A stretch of DNA of 64,000 nucleotides, taken from the human T2T-CHM13v2.0 reference genome, Homo sapiens. Position 1 is the first letter of the stretch; each line of letters starts with the position of its first letter. The notes below the pieces were generated by a model. The model saw only the letters and a program-made list of their open reading frames with translations. It made no database searches and was not told the origin of the DNA. Made by a program: the position numbers and the translations under genes. Positions 28,293-44,751 of the stretch are shown here, piece after piece. The stretch lies in assembly GCF_009914755.1 (NCBI RefSeq), contig NC_060926.1; one strand, given 5' to 3'.

Positions 28293-29269
28293 AGTACCTA
28301 TACTGGAGATCTTTTTCCATTTCTATTCAAGAGGAGGAGGCAAGGTAATTCCTTCCAAGGAATTTAGTTGCAATTAATGATAAACATGTTTATGATGTGC
28401 CAAGCATAATATTAGGCACTGTGGAGGGAACAACAGGGGTATGAGATTCCCGTTACTAGAATAGTGAGCTTGGAATCCAACATTTACTGACAAGATATTG
28501 GTCTAGAAAGAATAATTTCATCCCTAATAATTTTATAAGATTGTTATAGGAAGAAAAGAAGACACTGTACATGAAAGTGTGTTTTGCACCTCAGGCATCA
28601 GCATCTTTTCCGAGTTTCACAAGGCTGTGGCCACAGTGCATTGGCTCTGATTGTTCCTTAGCAAAGAGGGAAGGCTAATTCTTGGAGGATAGCACTCAAA
28701 CTACAGGTGAGATAGTAGCCATGGGAAAAATGCTCCCATCAGGAACTTCTTTCTGGAAAAGTAAGAAGGAGACAAAAGAGGCAGGAGAAAGAAAAGTCAC
28801 TAGGATGCCCTGAGACTCCAGCCTTTAACAGGCACTCCTAAAGCTTCACCCTGTACAGACCTCAATCTTTGTTTCCCAGTGACACTGTTTGCAGCTTTAT
28901 CTTTGCCATCTTCCTTCCAGCATTTGAATGACTTCTCACTTTCCTATGTTGTTCACTACTTCCAGACCCCATAGAAGCCACAAGATACAACATTATCTGA
29001 TGTAGACACCACATGTGAATGCATTTTGTGGACTGCAGGAAACCACTTAGGCAGACTGATTCAGACGGAGACAGCTTTACAAGGCACACTCCCTGCTGAG
29101 GCTGTGTCACTGCCATTCAAAAGCTGTGTGCTGTTCTGAAGTTCAAACACCATAGGCACATCATCGCCTCCAACAATCAGGAATGGCAGAGATGAGATTA
29201 AGTAATGGTCTCTAAACATCAGTTTGCTGGTGTTACATACTTAATGAGACTTTTAAAATGTGTACATAT

Positions 29270-29375
29270 ATTTTTTTAAATTTTACTTTAAGTTCTGGGA
29301 TACATGTACAGAACATGCAGGTTTGTTACATAGGTATACATGTGCCATGGTGGTTTGCTGCACCTACCAACCCAT
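29270..29375 (-). mobile_element. Very short L1PA7/8-like 3' end
   Basis: 'actttaagttctgggatacatgtacagaacatgcaggtttgttacatagg...gctgcacctaccaaccc'; TSD AAAATGTGTACATAT at 29255-29269 and 29385-29399. Confidence 0.92.
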
Positions 29376-31656
29376 ACACATTAAAAAATGTGTACATATT
29401 TTTAAACCACTCAGAAATTGTAAAATGCTTGTGCTTTTGAGGCTAGTTGGGTGTATTAATTTTCCGTTGCAATGAACTCAGTTGATTCTAATATATGCCT
29501 CAATATTTGAGGATCAATACATGCCAGGAAGGAGTTTGCTAACTTTTTATTTGCCCTTTCCTTTTTAGACGATATCATTCATAAGAAAGAAATGTAATAC
29601 ATTGATTTGAAATTTGGCTCAATGAAAAATCAGTGCCCTCTGGGCAGCAGCTTTAAATTAATCATCAGTGCATTTATTGAGTTGCTACTAAGGGTCTACA
29701 TCTCTGTTACTTGGATGGTGGCATGTTACTAAGCTATCTTTTTCTGCAAAGTGGGAAAAAGATGCTTATGCATAAGTGTAATGCTTCCAGAATAGAAAAC
29801 TTTTCTGAAGTTTGCATTGAGTATGTATGCTTACATAATGAGGAAAATAAACAATTAGGCCATTTGAAAAAGAATAAGTGAAGAAGACAGGTAAAATGTG
29901 TGACCCTAACCATCACTACCCTTTTCTTTTTTCCTGGTACTTCTTTCCCATCTAATGTCTCTCCAAGATTTCCAATTTTTCTGCCATAAGCAAAAATCTT
30001 TAGTACAATTAAACCTTTAGAACACCATTTGAATAACTTGTCAGCATTATATTCCGTTTCTTCAGAAGAAGTCCATTTATATTCAACAAACATATATCAA
30101 TAACCTTCAATGTAATATTGAATGAGGTAATACATGCAAAGCACATATAGGAAGTTTACTGCTCAATAAGTGTTAGTTGCATGATGAAGATAATCATCAT
30201 GATGATGGTGATTTTCCAAGCATTGTGCTAAATGCAAAGATGTACGCTTGTGAACAAAAAAGATATGGTCCCTGCCCTTAAGTGCGTTTCTTTCTGGTTG
30301 GACAAGACAGAAAACACACAAAACCAGTAAGATAGTACCAGTATGATAAGTGCTGCTTTTCTATCAAGTGTTTTGTTTTGATAGAAAAGGAAAGTAATTT
30401 AGGAAAGTAATTTTTAAATGATTTGAGTCTCATGTAAAGGTTTGAACCAATGGATCTGAGGTTGCTTCCTCAGATATTTAATAATATACATATGAAATAT
30501 ATATTTGTATATAATTTGAAATATATATTATAAAATATAGATGTACATATATATAATTTGAAACTAACTCTCTTAATTTAAGAGATTTGTTTATACCTCT
30601 AAAAAAAACCAGGTAATTTCTCATCTCTTCTTTCACTTAGACTGCACTTGGTTGCATCTGTGTTTACTAACTTAACTTATCAGGAGCAGAATGCAATCTC
30701 TAGAATCATCTTCTGGGAGGGAGGGAGAAACACAAGAATCATTCTCCTCCAGTGAAGAACTGAGATAACAGAAAAAACAACTTCTAAATAGAATCTACCC
30801 TTCAAATTCCTTCCTAAAATTAGTCATTAAGATCATTTAAAAAATTTTTCTTTTTCCTTAGTGTAATCTAATTACTAAATAGTTTAGAGGAAATCCTAAG
30901 GAAATAAGAAAACTGGTTAAAAGGGAAAGTAAATTAGTCTTTGAAGTACAATCCTAAAGCCTGAGTTTTTTCTGTTTCTCTGCAAGCATGATGTTTTTGC
31001 GTAATTTAATTGGCTCATTTCTCATTTTTTGTCATCTCTTTCTTGTTTCCTAGCTGAGGGAAAGACCACTGTACTTTGTGCCATTGTTTTAACTTCTATC
31101 AAAGGCCTTATTATGCATACCCTGTCAAAAGTAATATCAAAATCCATAGTCCTTACTTTCAACAGACTTAAATATAATTGGACTTAAAACCACCAATTAC
31201 GTCCTCAATTCAGCTGGTGTTTAAGGTGAAAAATGCAATTTCCCTAGAGGAAATAGGAACACACTGAATTTATAAAATACTTTCAAAGGGATTTTATAAT
31301 TGTCCCTTTTCCCTGCCAGGCCTATGTCCCACTGCACCTCTCCAAGCACAGGAGATTCCTATCGTGCCACGTTGCCCACTGTTCCCAAAACACACCCTGC
31401 ACCTTCCCCTAGCAATGCTTTTGCTCCATGTTTCCTCTGCAGGGAATGCCTTGCTCCCTCCTGCAATTCCCCTCCTGAAATCCAACTCATCCTGCCAAGC
31501 CCAGCTCAGATGTTACCTCCTTCTTAAAGCCTCCCTCATTGCCAGAATTATTCTTCCCTTATTGTTGCTCTGCTATAACTAACTTCTCTCATTGTACCTG
31601 ATTTTAGAGGTGTTTGTGGTCCTACTGTTTCTCTTTCTGCATTTCTACACTGTAGA

Positions 31657-31958
31657 TTTTTTTTTTGGGCGGGGGACAGGGTCTCATTCTGTTGCCCAGG
31701 CTGGAGTCATGGTACAATCATGTCTCACAGCAGCCTCAATCTCCTGGGCTCAAGTGATCCTCCCACCTCAGTCTCCTGAGTAGCTGGGACCACAGGTGTG
31801 CACCAGCAAGCCCAGCTTTTTTTTTTTTTCACTTCTTTGTAGAGACAGGGGTCTCACTATGTTGCTCAGGCTGGTCTCAAACTGCTGGCCTCAAGCAATC
31901 TGCCCACCTCACCCTCCCAAAGTGCTGAGATTACAGTCGTGAGCCACCATGCCTGGCC
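31657..31958 (-). mobile_element. AluJ nested in L2 (~31360-32070)
   Basis: Antisense AluJ; TSD-like tgta[g/a]att; L2 tail 'ttgtttttaatgaatgaat' follows. Confidence 0.9.
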
Positions 31959-34218
31959 TGTAAATTCTTTAAAGGCAGGAATTTTGACATTTATTTTTAT
32001 ATGCTTCTATCCCTTCACAGGGTACCTTTGGCCTAGAAGGTATTCCATAATTGTTTTTAATGAATGAATAATCAACAAGTCTATGCATTGCATCCATCAT
32101 GGATTGCTTCCATCATAATTCACTTATGTTCAGAATCCTTATGATAGTAGAATATGTTTTTCTCTCCCCAAAAAGAATTACTAATAGACATTTCTTTGTC
32201 TCCTCACATTTATAGAATATAAAGCCTTGTGCAGAGGAAGAGGCTAATGTTAGCTTTTTTTCCCCTGCAGCAATTTCATGGCTATAAAACCATTTTCCTC
32301 TAATCATTGCAATGAACACATAACGTGCCCTGGTAAACACTTCTGTCTGATGTGAACCTTTCCTAATGGAGTCAGCTCTCCAGCCAGGAATTTTCATTAA
32401 ACAGTGCACTGTGCTGGGAGCTGTATTATGTATGCGCACAACTAGGAGCTTGACTCTTTTATCCGCACTTATAAGAGAGTTTCAGAGTAGTGGTATTTCC
32501 TACCTCTTTAATTATTGAACGTTAAGATAATTTTAACATATGTTTATTGGGGTGGTAATTTCTTTCTAATTAATTCCAGATTCTATCTCTTAGAGGATGC
32601 CCAGCCCACATGGACCCACAGTCTCCAACATGGGAATGATGTGGACACTGAAATCATTAAATCAAAGAATGTTCTCCCTCCCTAATATTTGGAAGAAACT
32701 TTTAGCACACACACAAAATAAGTGACTTTAGAATACTTCATCAGTTGAGCTAATCTGCAAATAGCAGAGCGTTTGGTTCTTACATGCATTGGGCTGATCA
32801 CCAAACTAGATTAGCTCTACAAATGAAAGGCATTTTTCTTTATGAACCAGTTGAAGAGAGATGTCCCAGTTATGAAAACATTTGCAAGAAGCTCTGAGCT
32901 TTTGGCCACCCTTTTCAGACCCCCTAGACCCTCTCTGTGGCACTTAACTGGGTTACCTCCCTTTCTAGCTATTAAATTTTCAGACAGGCCCCAGATTATG
33001 CTCTCAAGAATGGATCCAGTGACTATTTGGGTTTTCCCCCCCACAATACGTTCCCGGAGACGAAGCCATGCTGTGCCAGCAACAGACTCGTCAGAAGAGG
33101 CTGCCTCTCAGTTGTGCTGTGGGTGCCTTGAGATCCAACCGAGCACTGCAGACGGTTTCCCTCCAAGCTTGAGACTCCACTGTGTCCAAAAATAACTAGA
33201 CAGGCAGGTTTGGATCTAGGAAACTTTTTAGCTCATAGACATATTTAATAATGGAAACATTGGTCCAAAATTTCCTACAGAGACCTCTGCTTTGGAAATG
33301 GTTTTATTTATATACATAGCTACAAAAATACCATTTTTGAAATAGTTACGTGGGGCCCAGTATTTAATCTTTTTGTAACTTCTAGAGAAGTTCTTTTTAC
33401 TGGTAAGATCAAAAACTTTTCTGTTTTTCTTCAGCAACCATGTCTACAAACATAACCAAGACTACAAAAAAAAAAAAAAAAAAAAAAGTAAAACAGAGCC
33501 CACTCATCTACTTCGGGTTTGATGCTTCATTGATAAGGACTTTCTTTTCCTGAAAATCTGGGCGCGTTTTGGTCTCTTTTGTTTTTCAGCTACTCTCCTA
33601 TATTTAGACAGGCAAAAATTGTTGCGGATATTTTTATTTCATTTAATGCTTAGCGATGCCGTATTGTCATTATGCTGCTCAAAATAAGTTTCATAATTCT
33701 TATAATTCCAAGGGAGTTTTGAATTCCCTGGAAAATGTTGCAAAATGTTTTAAATCTCATTAAATCCAAAAAATACTCTTTAATCAGCAGAATGTGAACC
33801 ACTCCATTTTCCATTTTCCAACATCACCTTAATTGACTCACAGCTGAAGTCCACTGTTACTGCTCCAACACTGGATGGAAAAAAAAAAAAAGTAGGCATT
33901 TTCCTGTAGCAAAGACAGTGGGGACCTGAGCCAAAACCAGGAGAAGCAGTAAGAGATCTTCCTTTATTAGATCTTTTTACATTTCAGACTGGTGCTGAAA
34001 ATACAGCAGCAAACAAAACCCAGACCTAACAAGCTCAGAGGAGAAACAGACTTGGGCTTTGAAGGTGTGCGATTCAAGGACTGGCTCTGCTACTCCTGGT
34101 ATAAACTTTAAGTTACTAAATTCCACAAAGCCTGTATTTTTTCGTCTGTGAGATGGGGGCAATAACTTCCTGCTTTCCTATCGCCAAAATTATTTGTAGA
34201 GTCAAGTGATGTATGTTA

Positions 34219-34525
<307 letters not shown>

Positions 34526-34929
34526 GGTCTTTGTAAACTATTTAGACTCACAGAAACACAAAATATTACTTTCACAAACAGAAATGGAGTAAGCTATTTT
34601 AGAATTATACCTACTATAATTTCTTCCAGGTTATGAAATACTTTTTAATTTTTCTAATCATTTTCCTAGTTGTGGTTAAGAGACTATTGCTGCAGTAGAG
34701 GAATTTTCTGCCTATCCTGATTTTTGTCAAGAGGATTATCAGAAGGCAAGACTACTGAACACATGTTCTGTTACCTCTTTCACATGCAGGACAAGCATAC
34801 AGGAACTCTAACAGAATGCAGTATCGCCTGCGTGCCAGCCAGGCCCTGCGTGAAGCACAGCCTCCAGTGCTCTCTCTCCAGCTGTTGGGTGTTTTCTGGA
34901 TTCAAATCACTCACTGTCATGACAAGCAG

Positions 34930-35390
34930 ACCCTCCAATATGTATAATGGCACAAATACAAGAGAAGTTTACTTCTTGCTCATATGAACACCAAAATAGG
35001 TGTTCCTGAAGGGCAGAGGCTGTTCTCCAAGCAGCGTCTGAAGCACCAGGCTAGTTCCATCTTCTGGCTTCACCATTTCCAACACAGAGTTCCCAAGGTC
35101 AGTAAGTTCGTCTGCATGGAGGCAATAGCAAGAGAAGAAGAGAGCGAGAAGACTCACTTGCTCCTTAACCACTTCTGCCTGGAAGTGATGCGTATCACTT
35201 CTGCTTACACTCCACTGGCAAGGACCCATCACATGGTCCCATCTACCTGCAAGAGGAACTAGGAATTAGAGTCTCTGGCTCTGAGCCATATTATGAAGTC
35301 ATAGCTTCATAATATGGAAGTCATAGCTTCATAATATGGAAGGGGATCATTAATTTTGGTGGACAATTTGTTTGCAGTCTCTGCCACAGT
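34930..35390 (-). mobile_element. MLT1-type LTR
   Basis: 'agaagtttacttcttgctca', 'atcacttctgcttacactccactggcaaggacccatcacatgg', ends 'agtctctgccaca'. Confidence 0.7.
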
Positions 35391-35620
35391 ATCACTTACA
35401 CAAAAGGCCCAAGGAATATCACAGCTGAAGAGGACCTAGAAGTTATCTATCTCAGCATTTCTTGAACTTTTTTGACTATCACCTACAGAATGAAATAAAT
35501 CTTACATCACAACCCAGTATACCACACATGTGTGAGTATCTGAAACATTGTATAAAATGTTATTTCCTCTCAAGCATGATGCACTGGTACTTTCTATTCT
35601 TTAATTCCATTCTATGTAAT

Positions 35621-35914
35621 TTTCTTCTTTTTTGAGACAGAGTCTAGTCCTGTTGCCCAGGCTGGAGTGCAGTGCACAATCTCAGCTCACTGCAACCTCT
35701 TCTTCCCATGTTCAAGCGATTCTCCTGCCTCAGCCTCCCGTGTAGCTGGGATTACAGGCACCTGCCACCATGCCCGGCTAATTTTTGTACTTTTAGTAGA
35801 GACGGGGTTTCACCATGTTGGCCAAGCTGGTCTCGAACTCCTGACCTCAGGTAATCCACCCACCTCGGCCTCCCAAAGTGCTGGGATTACAGCCGTGACC
35901 CACTGCACCTGGCC
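35621..35914 (-). mobile_element. AluSx-like inside a probable hAT-Charlie fossil (~35450-35995)
   Basis: Antisense Alu; flanks 'ttacatcacaacccagtat' and 'tgggttgtgacccacatttg' look Charlie-like. Confidence 0.9.
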
Positions 35915-36241
35915 ATAATTTGATATTTTTTATCACTAGTTTTGATGCACCAACTTGATTTCTCAACCTACTATTGGGTTGTGACCCACATTTGGGCCGA
36001 GCTCATTATTTAGAAATGACACAGATGAGGTTTGGAGGAGGGGTTCTGTGACACACCTGAAGTCACAGGTAGTTGAAGCAGTGTTGGGCCACACCTATAA
36101 GCATTAGCCATTAGACTAGGGATTCTTTTTTGTTTCAAACAATATGTTATTTGGTTAAATTTTAGATCAAGTATGTTTTGTTGTTGTTAATAACATATCA
36201 TTTATTTAACAAGCAGAGAGCAGTCTCATCAATGTCATTGA

Positions 36242-36634
<393 letters not shown>

Positions 36635-37574
36635 TAATACATTTGATATAGGCGAATGCTTACCTGCAAATTATTATTGTATAATATATTATTCTCTAAA
36701 TCTACATATTTTTGAAATTTGAAGATGACCACCAATAAAGATATCAACAGTGGTTTATAAATATATAGGTAGTTTACACCTTGAGTTAGTTGAAAAATAA
36801 GGATTCAACTCTTTTCTCTTTTATACATCTATCTTAATGCGGAACTTAATTTTATCTTAAAAATATTTAAATTCTGAAAACTTCTTGTCTTTGAAATTCT
36901 AAGTTTACTTTTAAATTTCCACACTTAAAAAAAACCTGTCTAAATACACAGGTATGAAAACTTTAAAATGGTATGTGTGCTTTTTTCTTCTCTCATGATG
37001 TTATTTTCAAATTATAGAGTTGCTTGGAACATCTAACTAAAGAACAGCATTTGGAGACAGAATAGCACCATCCTCGTCAGAAACATAGCCATCTCAACTT
37101 TGAAGGAGGAATGGTCATTAAGAAGCAAAAACATCTCTGGAATGAATACACCCTCTTTAAATTCAGTTGTATTTTTGTTTTTCTTACATTCTATGCAAGG
37201 CTTATGATGTTCTTATGATCCCTTGCCAACATTTTTGAGTAACAAGACTGTGTGGAAAAAAATGCTTTTTGAGTACACATCATGCATTTTTCTAAAAGAA
37301 TTGTACTGCACAGGGTAATTAATATTATAAATAGTGAGTGTTTGTATGAGGAAGCTGCTAGGTATGGGTTCCAGCTGGCTAGGTGTTTATCCAACTAAAA
37401 AACTCACTCTAAGGCACAATAGCATCATTATGCTACATGGGTGGAATGGGAGAGGAGCTTGGGGAAACGACTCTAGGAAAGATTCCCGTCATTTCCTCGA
37501 AGTTACCAGAAATTGCTCTATAATCCTGGAATCTGACTTAATTTCTGGTGGCATCAGCGTGTTATCAAGTAGTG

Positions 37575-37820
37575 GGAGAGCAGTGTGAAGCTGGCAACGT
37601 GGACTTTGGGCACAACGAGACCTGATTCCAAGACCTACCTCTCCCCGTTACTACCTATGTGACTTTGGGCAATTTGCTTAACCTCTCCAAATCCTCAGTT
37701 AATTCATCTGTAAAGCAGGAATACCCTCATTACAGGGTTTTGTGAGGATTAAATGAGATAATGCATGTAAAGCACTTGGGAAAATGTCTGGTATATGGAA
37801 AATGTGCAATAAATGCTACG
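37575..37820 (+). mobile_element. MIR SINE
   Basis: 'tgtgactttgggcaatttgcttaacctctc...ctcagttaattcatctgtaaa...tgtgaggattaaatgagataatgcatgtaaagcactt'. Confidence 0.88.
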
Positions 37821-37913
37821 ATTAAATTAAATTGTAGGACCCAAAAAGAAACTTCATAAGTAATTATAAAGCTAATTTTTAAAATTACTCATGAGCAAAT
37901 GTCCTTGAGCTAG

Positions 37914-38246
<333 letters not shown>

Positions 38247-38388
38247 TGTGCATTATTATTTTTATAAAACTCCATTATTTAGTTAAAAGGGGCTCTTTTG
38301 GCTGACTTTGGTTCTCTCCAAAATTTAATGAAAAGGCCCTTTACTGGCATCATGTGGCAAAATAACACAGTAGAGTAATACATGTTTA

Positions 38389-38781
<393 letters not shown>

Positions 38782-39543
38782 TTACATGAGCCTCCCTTTG
38801 CGATTCTCTATTGATTGTTTCTGGCACAGAATCCCTGACAAGAAACATTTTGAGGGCTTTACTAGATTTCAGCACCAAAGACCTCAACAGATTAAGTCCT
38901 GGCTTGGTGATCTGACGCAATTAAAGGTAAATCTCTTTATGTTGTTAAAGAATTTAGAGAACTAAACAACATTAAATACGTTCATGTTATCCTGGCTTAT
39001 CTCTCAGGTAATCTTTAAAGGTAGAGAACTGAGACAATGATCTAGGTAATCCACAAGTCACTCTCCCTTTCAGGGAAGGAAATGGGGGTTTTCTTTTTCT
39101 TTTTTTTTTTTTTTTTTGAATTTATAATGTCTATTTTTATTGCTTTAAGATTTAGGATTACTGCCATATTGAAGAAAATGAGAACAAAAACTTTTCAGTC
39201 TTTCCAGAAAATTGCCTGGAAGGAGAAAAAGAAGCAATAAGTGAACATGACAAATCAATGAGTCGAGGTGGTCATAGGATGTTCCTATTATTTAAATGTT
39301 AAGGCTGGTTTATGTCTTTAGCATTGCCTGATTGTCTTAAAGTCAATTTACCTTAAAAGTCTGCCTCTCAACCAAGGAATAAATAATAATCAAAATGTGT
39401 ATTTTCATATAGTATGCTTCTTTAAAACATTCATTTTATTTTTCACATTCTCAGTGAGTGAAAAGTAATTGAAACAGGATGTAGGGGGAAGAGCAGTCCT
39501 GTCTCATAACTACTCTGAGGCTGTTCCTCATCTGTAATGTCTA

Positions 39544-40000
<457 letters not shown>

Positions 40001-40123
40001 TACCCTGTGCTGTATCTTATTGTGGTAAACAGAAGGAACAGAATGAATGTGAGCCTCCAAAGGTCCTTTTCTTGCCTAGCTGAAGGCTTAGATGAGCCCG
40101 GTGGCCTCCTTATTTCCTTATTC

Positions 40124-41276
<1,153 letters not shown>

Positions 41277-42290
41277 GGTTTTCATCTACATGATTTCCTT
41301 GCTGTTGTCTGCCTGATGAAATCCAGGTTCTCTGGCTGGCCCTTAAGCCATTTAAGTCTTACAGATTTAGGAACTTGTGAACTTCAAGAATTATTTTCTG
41401 TTTAAATGTTACTTATTTTCAGAGAAGATTAAATCTATTAAACACCTGTATTAAAACATGATATTTTCTGGCTTTGGTAGGACTTTCCTTCTGACTTTAA
41501 GAACAAAATAATAGTAATTCAATATTTGTTAGTAAAATTTAATTTCTACATCATATAACATTAGATTGCCTCCATAAAAATAAGTTATTTAAAAAGCAAT
41601 TTCACAAGAAATGCTAGCTCAACTCTTTGACAACAATACTATAGCTTTAACTCACTGCTGGATCCCCAGCACCTAAAACTGCACCTGGTATGTATTTGAT
41701 ATTGAATAAATATTTTAGACATAAGATTATGTTAAAATCATAATTTTAAATAAAATTTTCTATAAGATCATATGGAATCAAAATATAAATATTGATTATT
41801 GCTCATTAAAATGAGACTATTGGAATACCTTATTGGTGGCCACACATTTTTTAAGAGTCAACAGCATAAAATTGAACAGAATGATCAACGATATTCCTTT
41901 ACACAAATACATCTTTGATTCTTACAGTTCAAGTAAAAACCGTCAAGCACTATAAACTATTTTGATCAACTCAAACTATCCCTCTGCTCCAGGAACTGCT
42001 CCAACGAACAGAATTTTCCTGTTTGCAATTTTCAGCTGGCAGATGAGAAACGCATGAAGCTTTATCCAAATGGAAAACCCAGTCATTCTTGGTAAAGTAC
42101 AGGAGGGGAGAAAACTGTCAGCTGTAAGAATTTGTCACTGGGGAGAATATTAAGCTGACGCAACTTACTCCTTTGAATAAGAACAAGGCATAGATGGAGG
42201 AACTTCTAATTTTCACATTTAACTGGACTCTCATCACTACTATCCTTTCTCACCACTCTCTAGTTCTCATGCAACATTTAGTCACCCACT

Positions 42291-42336
42291 ACACACAAAC
42301 ACACACACACACACACACACACTCATACACTCACAT
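42291..42336. repeat. Imperfect (CA)n microsatellite
   Basis: CA run with interruptions. Confidence 0.9.
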
Positions 42337-42977
42337 ACCGGTGGTTTCTGGGTACTTCCTGATGGGTTTGGAAGGGTAGGAGGTGGGGAAGAGATACCCT
42401 CCCACCTACCACTGCAGCCAGTGCCTCCTAGCCTAGGAGTCATGGAGGAGAAGTGAGGCCAGAGTGGCAATCGGGACATTCCTTCTGGGTCAGCTTTTCC
42501 CTTGCCCCCCTGCCTTCAAGTTGCATGGGAAAATGCACATGCTGATGACTACAGAGGCTCTCCTGGGAGGAAAAGCAGTGTTTACACAATTATTGCTGAG
42601 CTGGATTCCAAACTCTTTATTGTTTTAGTTGCCTGTTTTGTTTTAAATCACAGAGAGAATGGTTGGGAAGTACTTTGGAAACCCATCAAAAGGAGAAGCA
42701 ACAAGGACTGATATGGTGGTTCCCAGATTTTTTGGGTTTTGCGGACAAGTAATATGTCAGAAAAAAAAAAAGATTGAGGAACTAATAGGCAGTTGGCAAT
42801 TTTCCTTTTTCTAAGTAAGACATAGGATCAATACCAACTCTTATTAGCCACTATTGCCAGTTCTTCATAAAAGGGACGGCACTTTAATACCAAAAGAACA
42901 TAATTTCAGACTAAAGGACTGTTTTTCCCAAGAAAAAGGATAGTTGATAATCTCAAACAACACAGAGAAAGCAGACA

Positions 42978-43565
42978 CTGTTGGGGGTTCTGGGGGGTGT
43001 GCCCAAATCTCAGATCCCTCCTATGGGTTATCTGTGCTCATCCCTCAGCTTCTGTGCTTCGCTTTTGATAGCTTCCACCAGCGCACCTTCAGAGAACAGC
43101 CCTTGGGCTTCTAGAGATGGTTTGGGTTCACGTTTGGGAGTTTAGCCCCCACTCCACACCCGAGTGTGGTCTATCGCCTGACAGATTGTGCCTGAGGATG
43201 AAAGCCCTGCTGCCTTCCTGGAGGTAAACAACCTCTGTTTGCAATTTTCAGCTGGCAGGAGAGAAATGCATGAAACTTTATCTAAATGCAAAACCCAGTC
43301 ACTCTTGGTAAAGTACAGGAGGGGAGAAAACTATCAAGCTGTAAGAATTTGTCACCGGGGAGAATACATGCTCCTGAGCTCTCCACATGCTCAGGCTGAG
43401 ACTGGGATTTCCCCTGGAGTCATGCCCTTGCCTGGCTTCCCTCCCATCCCTGTCCTGTTTCTCTCACTCCCTGATTGGTTTCTCCTGAGAGCCATTCCTT
43501 CATATTTCACTTGCACATACATCTTTGTCTCAGGGTCGTCTTCTGGGAAGCCTGGCTGAAGACAG
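42978..43565 (+). mobile_element. LTR16-like (ERVL) LTR with a 132-bp insert
   Basis: 'atgctcctgagctctcc...caggctgagactggg', 'cacttgcacatacatctttgtctcagggtcgtcttctgggaagcctggctgaagaca'. Confidence 0.7.
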
Positions 43566-43824
43566 ATGGGTAAAAATGTCTTCTTAGATTGGTGCCAGTC
43601 TGTTCATGGCCTTTGAGGGACAGTCTGGAGAATAGACTTGGACAAAAGGGCTGGGTTCCAGTCCAAGCTTCACCACCAACCAGGTGTTTGGCCTTGGCCA
43701 AGTCACAAAACCCTTAGCTTTACCTGCTCCACTCTTGTCATATGGTGGCTGGCCAGGAAGATATGGAATGAGGGTGAAGGTGGGGGCAATTCCACAAAGA
43801 AGAGAGGCCAGAAAAATATGTAGC

Positions 43825-43953
43825 TTCTTTTTTTTTTGTTTTTTTTTTCCGAAGTATCGCTCTGTTGCCTAGGCTGGAGTGCAGTAGTGAGATCTCGGCT
43901 CACTGCAACCTCTGCCCCCCTGGGTTGAAGCGATTCTCCTGCCTCAGCCTCCC
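43825..43953 (-). mobile_element. 5'-truncated Alu (part of right arm)
   Basis: Antisense Alu right arm; TSD ATGTAGCTTCTTT on both sides. Confidence 0.92.
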
Positions 43954-44751
43954 AAAAATGTAGCTTCTTTATCTCCTAAGGCTGATCCAGTCTTTGCTGT
44001 AAGCCTCTGTCCCACTGTGTAAGGAGGACAACATGAAATTCCAGCCTCATCAACATAGTTTTATGCAATCATTTAAATAATCTCTTTAGAGAAATCATTC
44101 TCTTTCAGGCAAATGCCATACTTTCAGATTTCCTACTCCTTTCTGAGGTGACATCCTGGAGAACCAAGGAAGGCTGTGTGACCTCTGAGTGGCATGAGAA
44201 GGACAGCTCTGAGAGCTCTGAGATGGGCTCGGGTCCATCTGCCTGCTCCCTGGTCTCTTGGCTCTGGCTGTTGGGCACTCTGCTGGCACTAGATGCCAGA
44301 TCTGGGGCTTGTGAATGGGCAGTCAAATCCCTGGGCTCAATAAAGGCAGAACCCACTCCTCTGCTCTCTGGATATCCCCAGGCTATCCCTGGAATTAGGG
44401 TCTCCTGATTGGCCATGACTTCCATTGGATGCCCATCCTGGATGGTGCTCTGTACTCCTAGCCACAGGTCACAATGATCCTACTGCAGTGATACCCGCTG
44501 GCAGGTTTCCCAGCTATACTCTCAGTCCCCATGCATTCCTCCACAGCCATGCAGGACATTCGGGGCTCTGAAATGACACGAAAGCAGAGGCATGCTAGCA
44601 CAACATTCCTCTCTGCCCAGACACACTGTCCATCACTGAGGATAGCAGCTTCTCTTACCTCCATCTCGTTCTCCTCCCCACAAGCCACTGAGGACCAGAG
44701 AGATGACCTTTCTTTTTTCTTCTCTCAGGTTGGCCAGGGTTAGCACTTACA

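Noticed and set aside
32842-33195. 117-aa ORF in unique DNA
   Set aside because: No recognisable homology or coding-like composition; this length is expected by chance in 64 kb.
33466-33487. Orphan polyA as a processed pseudogene tail
   Set aside because: No TSD, polyA signal or recognisable upstream mRNA-like sequence.
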